Part shown: positions 14,745 to 25,357 of the stretch, piece after piece
Layout of the letters: every line of letters begins with the position of its first letter
Position numbering within the stretch: the first letter of the stretch is position 1
Source of the DNA: Candidatus Nitrospira inopinata
GTDB taxonomy: Bacteria; Nitrospirota; Nitrospiria; Nitrospirales; Nitrospiraceae
Direction of reading: 5' to 3'
Assembly (NCBI RefSeq): GCF_001458695.1
Contig: NZ_LN885086.1
Location: 720,001-752,000 of the forward strand
DNA length: 32,000 nucleotides
The notes under the pieces: generated by a model
Databases searched by the model: none
What the model saw: only the letters and a program-made list of their open reading frames with translations
Told to the model about the DNA's origin: nothing
Made by a program: the position numbers and the translations under genes

Positions 14745-15554
14745 CTAGTAGCCTGCTTTGGCGTTGGGGTTGACCTGGCTGGGGAACGGATCCAGGATGC
14801 TCTTGGGCGCCCCGTTCCAAATCACATCCGCCAAGTTCGACATGCGGCTCACAATCTGCGCCGCCACGCCGCCGGCCGCCCCGAACAACCCGCACCAGCC
14901 CAACGTCACAAAGCCCCAATGCAACGGCGCCGCAAACAACTCGTCCACAAACCAAAACGCATGGCCCCACTCATTGAGCCCCACGTTCGGCAAAATGAAC
15001 ATCGGCCCCACCACCGCCGCCACCAACGGAAACGACGTCGCCTGGCTATACAACGGCAACCGCGTCTGCGCATACAGATAACTCGAGACCCCGCACGTAA
15101 TGTACAACGGGAACGTCCCGTAAAACGCCACAATGTGACTGGCCGTAAAACTCGTGTCCCGAATGATCACCTGATGCCACGCCGCATCCTGCTCCAACGT
15201 GTAGCTGCCCGCATAATAGACCCCCCACACGTAGCAGGCCAACCACCCCATCCAGTAAAAATACCGCTTCAACTCCGTCTTCGGATCCAAATTCGCCAAA
15301 TTCCGATCCCGCGTCACCCAAATCCACCCCACCGAAATCGCAAAAAATAACGCATTGGCCACAATGTTAAACCGCCATAACCCCATCCACACCGCGTCAA
15401 ACTCCGGCGTCATCGAGTCCAACCCGTGCGAATACCCAAACGTCCGCTGATACAACACCCAAAAAATCCCAATCGCCAACATCGCAAACCACCCAATCTT
15501 CCACGGCCGCGAATCATACCACTGCGAAATGTCATACCCCCGCTCTGCCGCCAT
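14745..15554 (-). CDS. amoC: ammonia/particulate-methane monooxygenase subunit C family protein (AmoC/PmoC)
   Basis: 269 aa polytopic membrane protein. It contains long stretches I recognise from AmoC: [64 protein letters not shown] and [30 protein letters not shown]. An AAGGAGGG SD lies 8 nt upstream of the ATG at 15554. No amoA or amoB is present in the window. Confidence 0.9.
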   Translation of the reverse strand: MAAERGYDISQWYDSRPWKIGWFAMLAIGIFWVLYQRTFGYSHGLDSMTPEFDAVWMGLWRFNIVANALFFAISVGWIWVTRDRNLANLDPKTELKRYFYWMGWLACYVWGVYYAGSYTLEQDAAWHQVIIRDTSFTASHIVAFYGTFPLYITCGVSSYLYAQTRLPLYSQATSFPLVAAVVGPMFILPNVGLNEWGHAFWFVDELFAAPLHWGFVTLGWCGLFGAAGGVAAQIVSRMSNLADVIWNGAPKSILDPFPSQVNPNAKAGY

Positions 15555-15664
15555 AATACATCCCTCCTTCTGTTTATATTAACTGCCCAGAGCTACTCTC
15601 TGGACTTCATTTTCATACTTGTAGCCAGAATAGATCATTGAGGCCCATAAATTTTGCCTTAATT

Positions 15665-15901
15665 CTATCTCTGGTCATGCCGATTTTCAAGAACTTGAAA
15701 GGCCATTGCTTTCAACTGTTTAGCGCGCCAGTACCTCTCGCAACTGCGACCCCCGCATCCCCCCAAGTCGTCCATAATCTTGAACTTGCGCGCAGCTCCT
15801 ACGATCACGGTTAACAGATCCATTCTTTTTGAAGGGCCTAAATCATGGTCTTCTGTTGATATTGCAAAATGTTCGAGGCCATTGATATAGGCGATCGACA
15901 T
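15665..15901 (-). CDS. small hypothetical protein (weak call)
   Basis: 78 aa ORF between lysC and amoC on the same strand. It starts at the ATG at 15901 with no obvious SD and has no recognisable motif. It may be non-coding. Confidence 0.25.
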   Translation of the reverse strand: MSIAYINGLEHFAISTEDHDLGPSKRMDLLTVIVGAARKFKIMDDLGGCGGRSCERYWRAKQLKAMAFQVLENRHDQR

Positions 15902-15971
15902 TTACAGCATGACGCCATGGTCCAGAGGGCCGATACGCAGTGTCTCAGTGCTTTTGACTTTTGTGACCGTA

Positions 15972-17195
15972 TCAGCCTCGAGTTTTATCAAGACCGAAGG
16001 CCGTGTGCAAAGAGCGCATGGCCAGCTCAAGATACTTTTCCTCGATCACGCAGGAAATCTTGATTTCGGACGTACTGATCATCATGATGTTGATCCCTTC
16101 ATGTGAGAGCACATCGAACATTCTAGCCGCAACACCGGAATGTGAGCGCATGCCGACACCCACCAGCGAGACTTTGGCAATCGCCTCAGTGATGGACACG
16201 GACTTGGCTTCGATGTCCTTCGCCACAGCCTGGATGATCGGCTCGGCTTTTCTAAGATCCGCGCGAGGGATCGTGAACGACACGTCCGTCAACGTCGCCT
16301 GACTGATGTTCTGGATGATCATATCGACGTTGATGTTGGCCTGGGCTACCGGCCCGAAAATTCTTGCCGCGATACCCGGCTTATCCGGCACACCAATAAT
16401 GGTCACTTTCGCCTGGTTTCGGTCACCGGTGACCCCTGCCACCGCTACTGCTTCCATATCCGGGTCTTCTTTTGTCACGAGCGTCCCTCTCCCCTCTTTG
16501 AAGCTTGAATTGACCTCGACCGGCACGTTGAACTTGGCGGCAAACTCGACCGACCTGGTTTGAAGCACCTTGGCCCCCAAACTGGCCATCTCCAACATTT
16601 CTTCATATGAAATTTTGTCGATACGTCTGGCCGCCGGCACGATGTTGGGGTCCGCCGTGTACACGCCGTCCACGTCCGTGAAGATGATGCAGCGATCGGC
16701 TTTCAGGGCGGCCGCCAGCGCGACCGCGGACAGATCGGACCCGCCTCGCCCCAACGTTGTCACGTCAGATTTTTCGTTGATGCCCTGAAAACCGGCGACC
16801 ACCGGAACGATCCCCTCTTTCAAGGCCTCGCGAATCCGGTCCGCCGACACCCGCGCGATGCGCGCCTTGGTGTGGGCGCTGTCGGTCAGAATGCCGACCT
16901 GTCTCCCTGTATAGGATCGCGCATTGATGCCCCGCCCCCTCAGTTCCATTGCCAACAGCGCGATAGTCACCCGCTCACCCGTCGATAGGAGCATGTCAAG
17001 TTCCCGCTCGTCCGGATTTGGAGTCACCTCATGGGCCAGCTTGATCAAACGGTCCGTTTCTCCGCTCATGGCCGAAAGGACCACTACCACGCTGTGTCCT
17101 TCCTCACGGGCACGAGCGACTCGATCGGCGACGCGATGGATCCGCTCGACCGATCCGACGGAAGTCCCGCCGTATTTTTGGACGATGAGCGCCAC
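15972..17195 (-). CDS. lysC: aspartate kinase
   Basis: 407 aa. [15 protein letters not shown] is the N-terminal kinase signature. [16 protein letters not shown] and [12 protein letters not shown] are also present, plus two C-terminal ACT-like repeats. Confidence 0.95.
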   Translation of the reverse strand: MALIVQKYGGTSVGSVERIHRVADRVARAREEGHSVVVVLSAMSGETDRLIKLAHEVTPNPDERELDMLLSTGERVTIALLAMELRGRGINARSYTGRQVGILTDSAHTKARIARVSADRIREALKEGIVPVVAGFQGINEKSDVTTLGRGGSDLSAVALAAALKADRCIIFTDVDGVYTADPNIVPAARRIDKISYEEMLEMASLGAKVLQTRSVEFAAKFNVPVEVNSSFKEGRGTLVTKEDPDMEAVAVAGVTGDRNQAKVTIIGVPDKPGIAARIFGPVAQANINVDMIIQNISQATLTDVSFTIPRADLRKAEPIIQAVAKDIEAKSVSITEAIAKVSLVGVGMRSHSGVAARMFDVLSHEGINIMMISTSEIKISCVIEEKYLELAMRSLHTAFGLDKTRG

Positions 17196-17200
17196 CGGCT

Positions 17201-18409
17201 TTATCCGTTCGCAAAGAGCCGATTGATGAACTTGGTGGCATCTCTGGGGGGGAGATTGGTTGCTTGTGCGTCCTGCTCCGTGAAGCGCCGGCTCGATAGG
17301 GATGCCCCCTTCCGGCCACCCTCTCCGAAAGCATAGAGGGCGAGCCCCTCAGCCTTGCCGTGATCGCACATGACAAGATACCGATACGGCCCTTGCCGTT
17401 CCAATCCCTCGATTAAAGGGCCGACAAGCTCTCGATCAAACGCTTCGATACCGAGAACTTTTGCCTTGGGGTCCGTGCTGTGAATCGCCTCGTCCGTCAA
17501 GCCGCCATGGACATAGACAAAGTCTTTCTTGGCGTACTCCTCAAGCGCCACTGCCGCCTTGGTCCGCAAATCTCCGCCGGCAAGCCGATCAAGATCGACC
17601 GCTTCCAAGCCGGCGGCAATGCCGATCCCCCGATGGACGTCGCCGGTCGCCACGACCGCCCCTCTGACATGATACTTCTCCGGAAGACTGGGCCACGCAA
17701 CAGCCCGACCTTCCCCCCATAACCAGATACAATTCGCGGGTTTTTTCCCGGAGGCCAGACGGTCGTCGTTGACAGGATGATCACGAAGAATCAGATAGGC
17801 TGCGTCCATCAGCTTCCGCAGGATGTCGGCTCCGTCACCGGTCGGCAGCGCCTCGGCAATGGACCTCCCCAATACAGTTTGGGGATCCACACAATGCGCC
17901 CGAGGTTTGCCGTTGACCCACACCATGAGGTGCCGATGGCCTGACCCCGGATAAAATTGAATGGTCTCAGATCCCAACTGTTCATTGATCGCCTCGATCA
18001 ATTCCCGTGCCTCTTCCGTTTCAATCAAGCCTCCCGTCGCATCATCCATGATCACATGCGGACCCAATTTCTTGATGTCGTCGCCGGGCTTCCCGCCTTC
18101 AGGCCTGAGAGTCACCATCGTGCCGCGATAGACGACATCCTGCTCCGTGACCGAAACGCCCAAACTGACCGCCTCAAGCGGGCCGGGACCTTGATAGTAC
18201 TTCTTGGGATCGTAACCGAGAATCGCCGTCCCGGTCGCTCCGCTTCCGTGCAGGACTCCTTCGGCATGAATGACGAGCTGGCCCAGTTCGCCGTTCTGGG
18301 CCAAGCGATCGAGGTTCGGTGTCGCGGAAACCTGAAGCGGGGTGCGCCCCTCCAGTTCCGGGCGGGGCTGTCCGGCCATTCCGGCGGCATGCAGGATCAG
18401 GTACTTCAT
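17201..18409 (-). CDS. cofactor-independent phosphoglycerate mutase (ApgM)-like metalloenzyme; member of the clade proposed to act as homoserine kinase
   Basis: 402 aa. [15 protein letters not shown]...[17 protein letters not shown] and the later HG/DH-rich metal-site motifs are typical of the archaeal-type iPGM / alkaline-phosphatase superfamily. It sits between thrC and lysC with 16-nt and 5-nt gaps. Confidence 0.75.
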   Translation of the reverse strand: MKYLILHAAGMAGQPRPELEGRTPLQVSATPNLDRLAQNGELGQLVIHAEGVLHGSGATGTAILGYDPKKYYQGPGPLEAVSLGVSVTEQDVVYRGTMVTLRPEGGKPGDDIKKLGPHVIMDDATGGLIETEEARELIEAINEQLGSETIQFYPGSGHRHLMVWVNGKPRAHCVDPQTVLGRSIAEALPTGDGADILRKLMDAAYLILRDHPVNDDRLASGKKPANCIWLWGEGRAVAWPSLPEKYHVRGAVVATGDVHRGIGIAAGLEAVDLDRLAGGDLRTKAAVALEEYAKKDFVYVHGGLTDEAIHSTDPKAKVLGIEAFDRELVGPLIEGLERQGPYRYLVMCDHGKAEGLALYAFGEGGRKGASLSSRRFTEQDAQATNLPPRDATKFINRLFANG

Positions 18410-18425
18410 CGGGGCTTCTCTGGAT

Positions 18426-19490
18426 TCAGACCTCTAACAAACGGACAACGTCCTCGTGGGCCGCCTTGACGGTCAGTGGTTGTTTCGACACACTGATGGC
18501 AATATCGGCGTCCTTCAATCCATGGCCGGTCAAGGTGCAGACCACCGTCTCACCTTCCCGAAGCCCTCCGGCGCGGTATAACTTCGTGACGCCGGCCACA
18601 GACGCCGCCGAAGCCGGCTCGCAAAACACGCCTTCCGTTCTCGCCACAGTCGCATAGGCAGCGAGGATCTCCTCATCGGTCACCAGGTCAATGGCTCCCG
18701 AGGATTCCTCGACGGCCTGTAACGCCGACTTCCAACTGGCGGGGTTCCCTATTCGGATCGCCGTCGCCACGGTGTGCGGCTGTTCGACAACCCGACCCAG
18801 CACGATCGGAGCCGCGCCGGCGGCTTGAAACCCCATCATCCTCGGCAGCCTGGTGATTTGATTCGCCAGGCGATACTCACGATAGCCCTTCCAATAGGCG
18901 GTGATATTGCCCGCATTGCCGACCGGCAATACGTGCAAGGCGGGGGCATCTCCCAGTTGGTCACACACTTCGAACGCCGCGGTCTTCTGACCCTCGATTC
19001 GAAAAGGGTTCAGGGAATTGACCAACTCGATCCGCCGCGAAGCGGACAGGTCCTTCACCAGCGCCAAGGCCTGATCGAAATTGCCTTCGATCTGAATGAC
19101 CGTCGCCTGATGCATCATCGCTTGGGAGAGTTTGCCGAGCGCGATTTTTCCGGCGGGGATCAGAACGTACACGGCCAAGCCGGCGCGCGCTCCGTAGGCC
19201 GCCGCCGACGCGGAGGTGTTCCCCGTCGAGGCGCAGATCACGGCGCGGGCCCCCTGTTCGACGGCCTTGGAGATGGCCAAGGTCATGCCTCTGTCTTTAA
19301 ACGAGCCGGTCGGGTTGACGCCTTCGAACTTGAGATAAAGGTCGATGCCGGGAGCGATCGCCTGAGCCAGTCGAACCGCACGAATGAGAGGCGTGTTGCC
19401 TTCCAACAGGCTGATGACGGGCGTCCGCTCCGACACCGGAAGGAACTTGCGATATTCCTCGATAATGCCCCGCCATCGATTCATATGCAT
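18426..19490 (-). CDS. thrC: threonine synthase
   Basis: The ORF track extends to 19730, but that extension overlaps hom. The ATG at 19490 ([19 protein letters not shown]...) lies 10 nt after the hom stop. The PLP-lysine motif is [10 protein letters not shown]. The protein is 354 aa, typical for short-form ThrC. Confidence 0.9.
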   Translation of the reverse strand: MHMNRWRGIIEEYRKFLPVSERTPVISLLEGNTPLIRAVRLAQAIAPGIDLYLKFEGVNPTGSFKDRGMTLAISKAVEQGARAVICASTGNTSASAAAYGARAGLAVYVLIPAGKIALGKLSQAMMHQATVIQIEGNFDQALALVKDLSASRRIELVNSLNPFRIEGQKTAAFEVCDQLGDAPALHVLPVGNAGNITAYWKGYREYRLANQITRLPRMMGFQAAGAAPIVLGRVVEQPHTVATAIRIGNPASWKSALQAVEESSGAIDLVTDEEILAAYATVARTEGVFCEPASAASVAGVTKLYRAGGLREGETVVCTLTGHGLKDADIAISVSKQPLTVKAAHEDVVRLLEV

Positions 19491-19500
19491 GCTCGCTTCA

Positions 19501-20814
19501 TCATTCGTCCTTGCCCTCCACCCGAATGAGCGTCGCAGGCTCCGAGACAAAGGGCTTGCGATTGATCTCCGCGAGGGCGTTCCGCACGTCTCGCTCGCTG
19601 GCCATGTGAGTCTTGATGACGACCGGCACCGTTTGCCCTTCCCGACGGCCCTGTTGCAACACCGAGGAGATGCTGATTGCGCAACGGCCCAATTCTCCGG
19701 CAATCTGGGCCAACACGCCCGGCCGGTCAACCACCATGAACCGCAGGTAGTAGAGCGAGGAAATTTCCTCCATGGGCTTCACGCGCAACGGTCGGCGCTG
19801 ATCCTGACGAAACGACGCGGTGGGCACGCGGCCTGCGGCGCCCGAGAGCACGTTCCTCCCGATGGCGATAATGTCGCTCACGACGGCCTGGCCGGTCGGC
19901 ATCGAGCCGGCGCCCTGTCCATACAAGACGAGATCCCCCACTGCGTCCCCGACCAACTGAATCGCGTTGTACACACCGTCAACCCTTGCAATGGGTGAGG
20001 TCGCGGGCAGCATGGTGGGATGAACCCTGGCCTCGATCTCCCCGTTCACTAACTTGGCAATGCCCAACAACTTGATGACGAATCCAAATTCTTTTGCGTA
20101 GGCGATGTCCGTCGAAGTGACGTGCGTGATGCCCTCCGTGTAGATCTCCTTGACATTGACCGGCGTACCGTACGCCAAGTTGACGAGGATGGCCAGTTTG
20201 TGGGCGGAATCGATTCCCTGGACGTCGAAGGTGGGGTCCGCTTCCGCATAGCCGGCTTGCTGGGCGTCCCGTAACACGGTATCGAAATCATGCCCCTCTT
20301 GGGTCATGCGTGACAGGATATAGTTGGAAGTGCCGTTGATGATGCCGTAAATCGAACGAATCGAGTCACCCGCGAGGCCCTCCATCAAGGACCTGATAAC
20401 CGGAATGCCGCCTCCGACGCTCGCCTCGAACCCCACTTCCACGCCTTTACGGGCTGCGGCCTCGTAGATCTCTTCGCCGTGCAGGGCCAACAGCGCCTTG
20501 TTGGCGGTCACGACATGTTTCCCGGCGGCAATGGCATCCAACACGACCCGTTTGGCGACGTCGCAGCCCCCGATTAATTCGACAACGATATCGACGGCCG
20601 GGTCGGTGATAACGGCTCCCACGTTGGTCGTCAACAGACCGGGAGGAAGCGCGACGCCGCGATCCCGGACAATGTCGAGGTCGGCGATCCGAATCAATTC
20701 AATCGGCAGGCCCACTCGACGCCGAATGAGCGCGGCGTTGTCGAGCAGCACCCTCGCCACCCCGGTGCCGACCGTGCCGAATCCAATGACGCCGACGCCA
20801 ATGCGCGATTTCAT
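19501..20814 (-). CDS. hom: homoserine dehydrogenase
   Basis: 437 aa. It has the N-terminal Rossmann motif [15 protein letters not shown], the catalytic-region motifs [11 protein letters not shown] and [15 protein letters not shown], and a C-terminal ACT domain. The start overlaps the upstream stop (ATGA). Confidence 0.95.
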   Translation of the reverse strand: MKSRIGVGVIGFGTVGTGVARVLLDNAALIRRRVGLPIELIRIADLDIVRDRGVALPPGLLTTNVGAVITDPAVDIVVELIGGCDVAKRVVLDAIAAGKHVVTANKALLALHGEEIYEAAARKGVEVGFEASVGGGIPVIRSLMEGLAGDSIRSIYGIINGTSNYILSRMTQEGHDFDTVLRDAQQAGYAEADPTFDVQGIDSAHKLAILVNLAYGTPVNVKEIYTEGITHVTSTDIAYAKEFGFVIKLLGIAKLVNGEIEARVHPTMLPATSPIARVDGVYNAIQLVGDAVGDLVLYGQGAGSMPTGQAVVSDIIAIGRNVLSGAAGRVPTASFRQDQRRPLRVKPMEEISSLYYLRFMVVDRPGVLAQIAGELGRCAISISSVLQQGRREGQTVPVVIKTHMASERDVRNALAEINRKPFVSEPATLIRVEGKDE

Positions 20815-22007
20815 TCCTGCGCCTCGTCCAGCTTGAGGGCTTTGCGAATCCCTCTGACGGCCTGGCGGGTACGATGCTCGTTTTCCACTAATCCAAACCG
20901 GACGTACTCATCGCCTCCTTCGCCGAATCCGATCCCCGGCGACACCGCGACTTTGGCCTCTTTCAACAGCAGCTTCGAAAATTCGAGCGAGCCCATGTGC
21001 CGATATGGCAGCGGGATTCTGGCCCACACGAACATCGTGGCCAACGGCTTGGCCACCTTCCAGCCGATTCGATTGAGTCCGTCAACCAGAGTATCGCGCC
21101 GTCTCTGATACCGCTGCACCGTCTCCTTGACGCAATCCTGCGGTCCATTGAGCGCGATCACGCTGGCAATCTGGATCGGCTGAAAAATTCCGTAATCGAG
21201 GTAGCTTTTGATTTTGGCCAATGCCCCCACCACCTCTCGATTGCCGACGCAGAAGCCGACGCGCCAACCCGGCATGTTGTACGCCTTGGAGAGAGTATAA
21301 AACTCGACGCCGACATCCTTCGCTCCGGGAATTTGGAGGAAACTCGGCGCCTTGTAGCCGTCGAACACCAGATCGGCATAAGCCAGGTCATGGATGACGA
21401 TGACCTGGTGCTCTTTGGCAAACGCCACGATCTTTTTGAAAAACTCCAAATCGACCACGGCGGTGGTCGGATTGTGGGGAAAGTTCACGACCAATATTTT
21501 GGGACGCGGAAACGTTTGGCGATAGACTCGAGTCAACTCCTCGAAAAAATCCCGGTCCTCACGGAGTTCAATCCCTCTGACTTCTCCCCCCGCGATGATG
21601 AAGCTGTACATGTGGATCGGATAGGTCGGCGTCGGGGTCAACACGACGTCGCCGGGGCCGATCATCGCCAGGGCCAGGTGGGCAAGCCCTTCTTTCGACC
21701 CGATCGTGACAATCGCTTCGGTTTCCGGGTCCAGATCGACGTCGTAGTTCCGTTTATACCATCCGCATATGGCATGCCTCAGCTTGGTGATGCCCCGCGA
21801 AGCGGAGTAGCGATGATTCTTCCCTTTCCGAGCCGCCTCAACCAGCTTGTCGACGATATGAGAAGGAGTGGGCTGGTCGGGGTTGCCCATTCCAAAATCA
21901 ATAATGTCCTCGCCTCGCTGCCGAGCCTCCAACTTGAGCGATTGCACCTGGGCAAAGACATAGGGAGGGAGTCGCTTGATTCGATAAAATCCATCCCCGA
22001 AACCCAT
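20811..22007 (-). CDS. class I/II pyridoxal-phosphate aminotransferase, AlaC/aspartate-aminotransferase-like
   Basis: I prefer the ATG at 22007 ([18 protein letters not shown]...), which is preceded by GGAGGAGGG 3 nt upstream. The ORF track start at 22100 adds 31 implausible residues. The protein strongly resembles E. coli AlaC as I recall it ([29 protein letters not shown]). The PLP-lysine motif is [15 protein letters not shown]. Confidence 0.85.
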   Translation of the reverse strand: MGFGDGFYRIKRLPPYVFAQVQSLKLEARQRGEDIIDFGMGNPDQPTPSHIVDKLVEAARKGKNHRYSASRGITKLRHAICGWYKRNYDVDLDPETEAIVTIGSKEGLAHLALAMIGPGDVVLTPTPTYPIHMYSFIIAGGEVRGIELREDRDFFEELTRVYRQTFPRPKILVVNFPHNPTTAVVDLEFFKKIVAFAKEHQVIVIHDLAYADLVFDGYKAPSFLQIPGAKDVGVEFYTLSKAYNMPGWRVGFCVGNREVVGALAKIKSYLDYGIFQPIQIASVIALNGPQDCVKETVQRYQRRRDTLVDGLNRIGWKVAKPLATMFVWARIPLPYRHMGSLEFSKLLLKEAKVAVSPGIGFGEGGDEYVRFGLVENEHRTRQAVRGIRKALKLDEAQE

Positions 22008-22320
22008 AACCCTCCTCCGGTCACCCCGAACGTTTTCCCATAGCGCAGGCGCGATGGCAATGAGAAGGCGTATTGTATTGGATGTCCGATGTCGAGTCAA
22101 TTTACCTTGTGATTCTGTGGGGTTCCATCCTTCTCCCCCATGGGCCGCTCGGAGGCCTCATTCCCCGTGCGAACATGATGTATCTGTCAATCCGGGTTGA
22201 CCGGTTGCTTCGACATGTTCTTGCCCCTTGTCCGGCCTTTCTGCTACTAATACGAGCAGCCGCCACTTCTTTGAGTTGTCCATGCGTTTCTTGATGGCTT
22301 CTTTGGCCTAGAGGCGGGGT

Positions 22321-23034
22321 ATGGCTCGACTGGGCGTCAATATTGATCACGTTGCAACCTTGCGACAAGCACGGGGCGGAGCCGACCCAGACCCGCTGGC
22401 GGCGGCCGTGTTGGTCGAGCTGGCCGGTGCGGACGGACTTGTGGTCCATCTTCGTGAAGACCGTCGACACATTCAAGATCGCGACCTCCAGCTTCTCCGG
22501 GAAATCACCCGCACCAAGCTGGATCTCGAAATGGCGGCGGACGAGGCGATGGTCAAGATCGCCCTGACCGTCAAACCGGACCTGGTGACCCTTGTTCCGG
22601 AAAAACGGCAGGAACTCACTACGGAGGGCGGCCTGGATGTCATGGGGCAACGTGAGCGAATCGAGCGTGCGGTTGGACTCCTCCACAACGGCGGAATTCC
22701 CGTCAGCTTGTTTGTCGAGCCCGATCTCCAGCAGATCAAGGCCGCGCATAAAATTGCCGCCGATTTCGTCGAGCTCCACACGGGACGCTACGCAAACGCC
22801 ACAAGGTCCAAGGAGGCCGACGCCGAATACGAAGCGATCGCCCAGGCGGCCAAGCTGGCTTACAAGCTCGGAATGGGCGTGAACGCCGGACATGGATTGA
22901 ACTATCGGAACGTGAAACGATTGACCCACATCCCGGAAATCGTGGAATACAACATCGGCCACAGCATCGTCGCGCGGGCCGTCTTCGTGGGTCTGCCACA
23001 GGCCGTCAAAGAAATGAAGGCTTTGCTCGGTTGA
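22321..23034 (+). CDS. pdxJ: pyridoxine 5'-phosphate synthase
   Basis: 237 aa. It contains [32 protein letters not shown] and HAGHGLNY, which are all PdxJ hallmarks. Confidence 0.95.
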   Translation: MARLGVNIDHVATLRQARGGADPDPLAAAVLVELAGADGLVVHLREDRRHIQDRDLQLLREITRTKLDLEMAADEAMVKIALTVKPDLVTLVPEKRQELTTEGGLDVMGQRERIERAVGLLHNGGIPVSLFVEPDLQQIKAAHKIAADFVELHTGRYANATRSKEADAEYEAIAQAAKLAYKLGMGVNAGHGLNYRNVKRLTHIPEIVEYNIGHSIVARAVFVGLPQAVKEMKALLG

Positions 23035-23196
23035 TCCTCGCGATGTCGCTCCGTGCCGTCTCCCGATCCTTCCACGTGAGGGACCGTGTGGGAGTTCGGG
23101 TCTCTCCTCGATCAATGCGATCCTGGATGTAGGCCTCCCTAAATGGCCGTGCCTCTCTCCTTCGTCAACATGTTTCAGGACCGTCAGAGGTCGAAG

Positions 23197-24753
23197 ATGC
23201 TCAAGATCGTTACCGGCGCGCAAATGCAAGAACTGGATCGGCGTACGATCGCCGAAGCCGGCATTCCGGCAAGGGTGCTCATGGAGCGAGCCGGCCTCGG
23301 AGTCGCAACCGCCGTGCTGGAGAGGTTCGGGCCGATAAAAGACAAACGAGTCACGGTCCTGTGCGGCAAAGGAAACAACGGCGGCGACGGGTTCGTCGCC
23401 GCCGGGCTCCTGCACCGTGAAGGCGCGAAGGTCCATGTGGTGATGATAACCCCGCTCTCCGATTTAAGCCCGGAGGCCTCGTTCATGTATCGGCGCTTTG
23501 TGCGGCTGGCCGGGAAATCCAGCGTCCATCTTTTTACCTCACGAGAGCAACTCGCCGCTCTTTTGCAAGAGAGCGATATTTTGATCGACGCGCTTCTTGG
23601 CACAGGCCTGACTTCGGAAATTTCCGGCCGATATGCCGACGTCATTGATTGCATCAATGACGCAGGTCGCCCCGTGGTGGCCGTCGATCTCCCATCCGGT
23701 CTCCATGCCGATACCGGCCGGACGCTGGGCCGGGCCGTGCGAGCTTCGATCACGGTGTCGTTTGGTTTGCCGAAATTGGGCCTTTTCCACAATGACGGCA
23801 TCGACCTTGCCGGATCGGTCAAGATCGTGGATATCGGTTTCCCCTCCGCTTTGGTCGATTCCATCAACAGCCGCGTCGCGTTGATCACACCGGCTTTCGT
23901 GCGGACAGCCCTGCCGCCGCGCAAGGCTTCGAGCCATAAGGGAAGCTTCGGCCATGCCGGGATCATCGCCGGGTCCGTCGGAAAAACAGGAGCGGCGGCG
24001 ATGGCGGCGACGGCGGCCCTTCGGGTCGGAGCCGGTCTTGTGACCGTCGCCGTTCCCTCCAGTGTGAACGACATTCTTGAGGCGAAATTGCTGGAAGCCA
24101 TGACGGCGCCGATGCCTGAAACGAAAGCTCGAACGTTCTCTCGCGCCGCCTTTGATCGTTTGTCCGCATTTATCGCGGCAAGAACGGCGGTGGCCATCGG
24201 ACCCGGATTATCGACCCATCCGGAAACGGTGGAGCTCGTTCAAGCCTTGATCGGACAACTGGATCGCCCTGCCGTCCTTGACGCAGATGCCTTGAACGCG
24301 CTTGCGGGCCGCGCATCAACGCTGACCACGTGCAAGGTCCCCCCCGTCCTGACGCCTCATCCCGGAGAAATGGCTCGCTTGGACGCCCATGCCACCGCCC
24401 AGACCGTGAACGCCGATCGACTTGGAACGGCGGTCGGTTTCGCCTGTGCGCGAGGGGTGTTCGTCGTCCTCAAGGGAGCTCGCACCGTCATAGCCAGACC
24501 GGATGGAACCGCCGCCATTTGTCCCACCGGGAATGCGGGTATGGCGACGGCGGGAACCGGCGACGTGCTCACGGGCATGTTGGTCGGTCTTTTGGCGCAA
24601 GGCGTCCCCCCGTGGGAGGCCGCTTGCGCCGCTACGTATCTGCACGGATGGGCCGGAGATCTGGTGGCCGCTGAGAAAGGACAAGCGGGACTGATCTCTC
24701 GAGATTTGATCGATAAGATTCCTGCGGCTGTCAAAATGGCTTATGAGGCGTAA
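23197..24753 (+). CDS. nnr: bifunctional NAD(P)H-hydrate repair enzyme (epimerase / ADP-dependent dehydratase)
   Basis: I prefer the ATG at 23197 (MLKIVTGAQMQELDRRTI...), which has AGAGG upstream. The ORF track start is 23143. The YjeF-N motif GKGNNGGDG is present, along with the C-terminal carbohydrate-kinase-like motifs SHKGSFGH and GTGDVLTG. Confidence 0.9.
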   Translation: MLKIVTGAQMQELDRRTIAEAGIPARVLMERAGLGVATAVLERFGPIKDKRVTVLCGKGNNGGDGFVAAGLLHREGAKVHVVMITPLSDLSPEASFMYRRFVRLAGKSSVHLFTSREQLAALLQESDILIDALLGTGLTSEISGRYADVIDCINDAGRPVVAVDLPSGLHADTGRTLGRAVRASITVSFGLPKLGLFHNDGIDLAGSVKIVDIGFPSALVDSINSRVALITPAFVRTALPPRKASSHKGSFGHAGIIAGSVGKTGAAAMAATAALRVGAGLVTVAVPSSVNDILEAKLLEAMTAPMPETKARTFSRAAFDRLSAFIAARTAVAIGPGLSTHPETVELVQALIGQLDRPAVLDADALNALAGRASTLTTCKVPPVLTPHPGEMARLDAHATAQTVNADRLGTAVGFACARGVFVVLKGARTVIARPDGTAAICPTGNAGMATAGTGDVLTGMLVGLLAQGVPPWEAACAATYLHGWAGDLVAAEKGQAGLISRDLIDKIPAAVKMAYEA

Positions 24754-25357
24754 TCCATCTCCAGCACCCGGCCTGCGGATCAATCCCTCGGCAAAGCGCG
24801 CGCGCGAGGCCGATAGCCTCTGCAAGATAGAGCTTCCTCTCTCCTCACCGGCGCAGATGAATTTCTTGGGACGAACCATCGGGCGGGTTTTACGCGAAGG
24901 GGACGTGTTGGCATTGACGGGTGAGCTTGGCTCAGGCAAGACCACGTTAGTCCGTGGAGTCGCGACCGGCCTTGGCGTCGCATCGGCGACCGTGAGTAGC
25001 CCGACTTTCGTTCTCGTTCATGAATATCAGGGCCGACTTCCCTTTTTTCATCTTGATCTGTACCGGCTGAAGAAACCAACCGAAGCCGAGGCCATCGGCT
25101 TGGCTGACTATGTGACCGAATCCAGCGTGACAGCCATAGAATGGGCCGACCGTTTCCCTTTTCTTCTTCCACAAGACCGTCTCGACATTTGCCTATGGCA
25201 CTGGAGCCTGACGCGACGACGGGCCGTATTGAAAGCCACCGGCCCGCGGTCGGCCGATCTTCTCCTCCGTATCAGACGATCATGGGCGTCGAGCCGACGG
25301 CGATCGGGGTCCTCAACACCCCGTGTCGCCATCCGGAGAAAGGCGGCTCCGCGATGA
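24743..25357 (+). CDS. tsaE: tRNA t6A37 biosynthesis ATPase TsaE (YjeE family), with terminal extensions
   Basis: It has the P-loop GELGSGKTTLVRG, followed by SPTFVLVHEY, HLDLYRL and IEWAD. The ORF is 204 aa, against about 150 aa typical for the family. The last 30 aa or so are R/S-rich. The stop overlaps the next gene's ATG (ATGA at 25354-25357). Confidence 0.8.
   Translation: MRRNPSPAPGLRINPSAKRAREADSLCKIELPLSSPAQMNFLGRTIGRVLREGDVLALTGELGSGKTTLVRGVATGLGVASATVSSPTFVLVHEYQGRLPFFHLDLYRLKKPTEAEAIGLADYVTESSVTAIEWADRFPFLLPQDRLDICLWHWSLTRRRAVLKATGPRSADLLLRIRRSWASSRRRSGSSTPRVAIRRKAAPR

Noticed and set aside
14523-15350. 275-aa plus-strand ORF with striking P/R/H/Q-rich repeats ([13 protein letters not shown] etc.)
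   Set aside because: It starts inside tRNA-Glu and runs antisense to the well-supported amoC gene. The low-complexity 'repeats' are the reverse-frame image of amoC's W/G/V/L-rich TM codons.
16455-16457. Internal in-frame ATG (M247) of lysC as a possible start of a separate aspartokinase beta subunit, as in Bacillus and Corynebacterium
   Set aside because: The position, just before the ACT domains, is suggestive. However, the upstream sequence (AAAAGAAGACCCGGAT) has no convincing Shine-Dalgarno, so the sequence alone cannot support it.
18774-19529. 251-aa plus-strand ORF, with the 19384-19998 (204 aa) ORF
   Set aside because: They are antisense to thrC and hom and have no motifs.
19491-19730. 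80-codon N-terminal extension of the thrC ORF
   Set aside because: It overlaps the hom C-terminus (ACT domain) and is Arg/Ser/Cys-rich. The ThrC homology begins at MHMNRWRG (19490).
20997-22043. 348-aa plus-strand ORF
   Set aside because: It is antisense to the AlaC-like aminotransferase, which has clear PLP-enzyme motifs. No motifs of its own are present.
22102-23436. 444-aa minus-strand ORF covering the pdxJ region
   Set aside because: It is antisense to a clearly recognisable pdxJ (22321-23034). The translation is R/G/H/P-rich with no motifs. This is a typical shadow ORF in GC-rich DNA.
23184-24197. 337-aa minus-strand ORF
   Set aside because: It is antisense to nnr. The composition is Ala/Arg/Ser/Pro-rich and typical of shadow frames.
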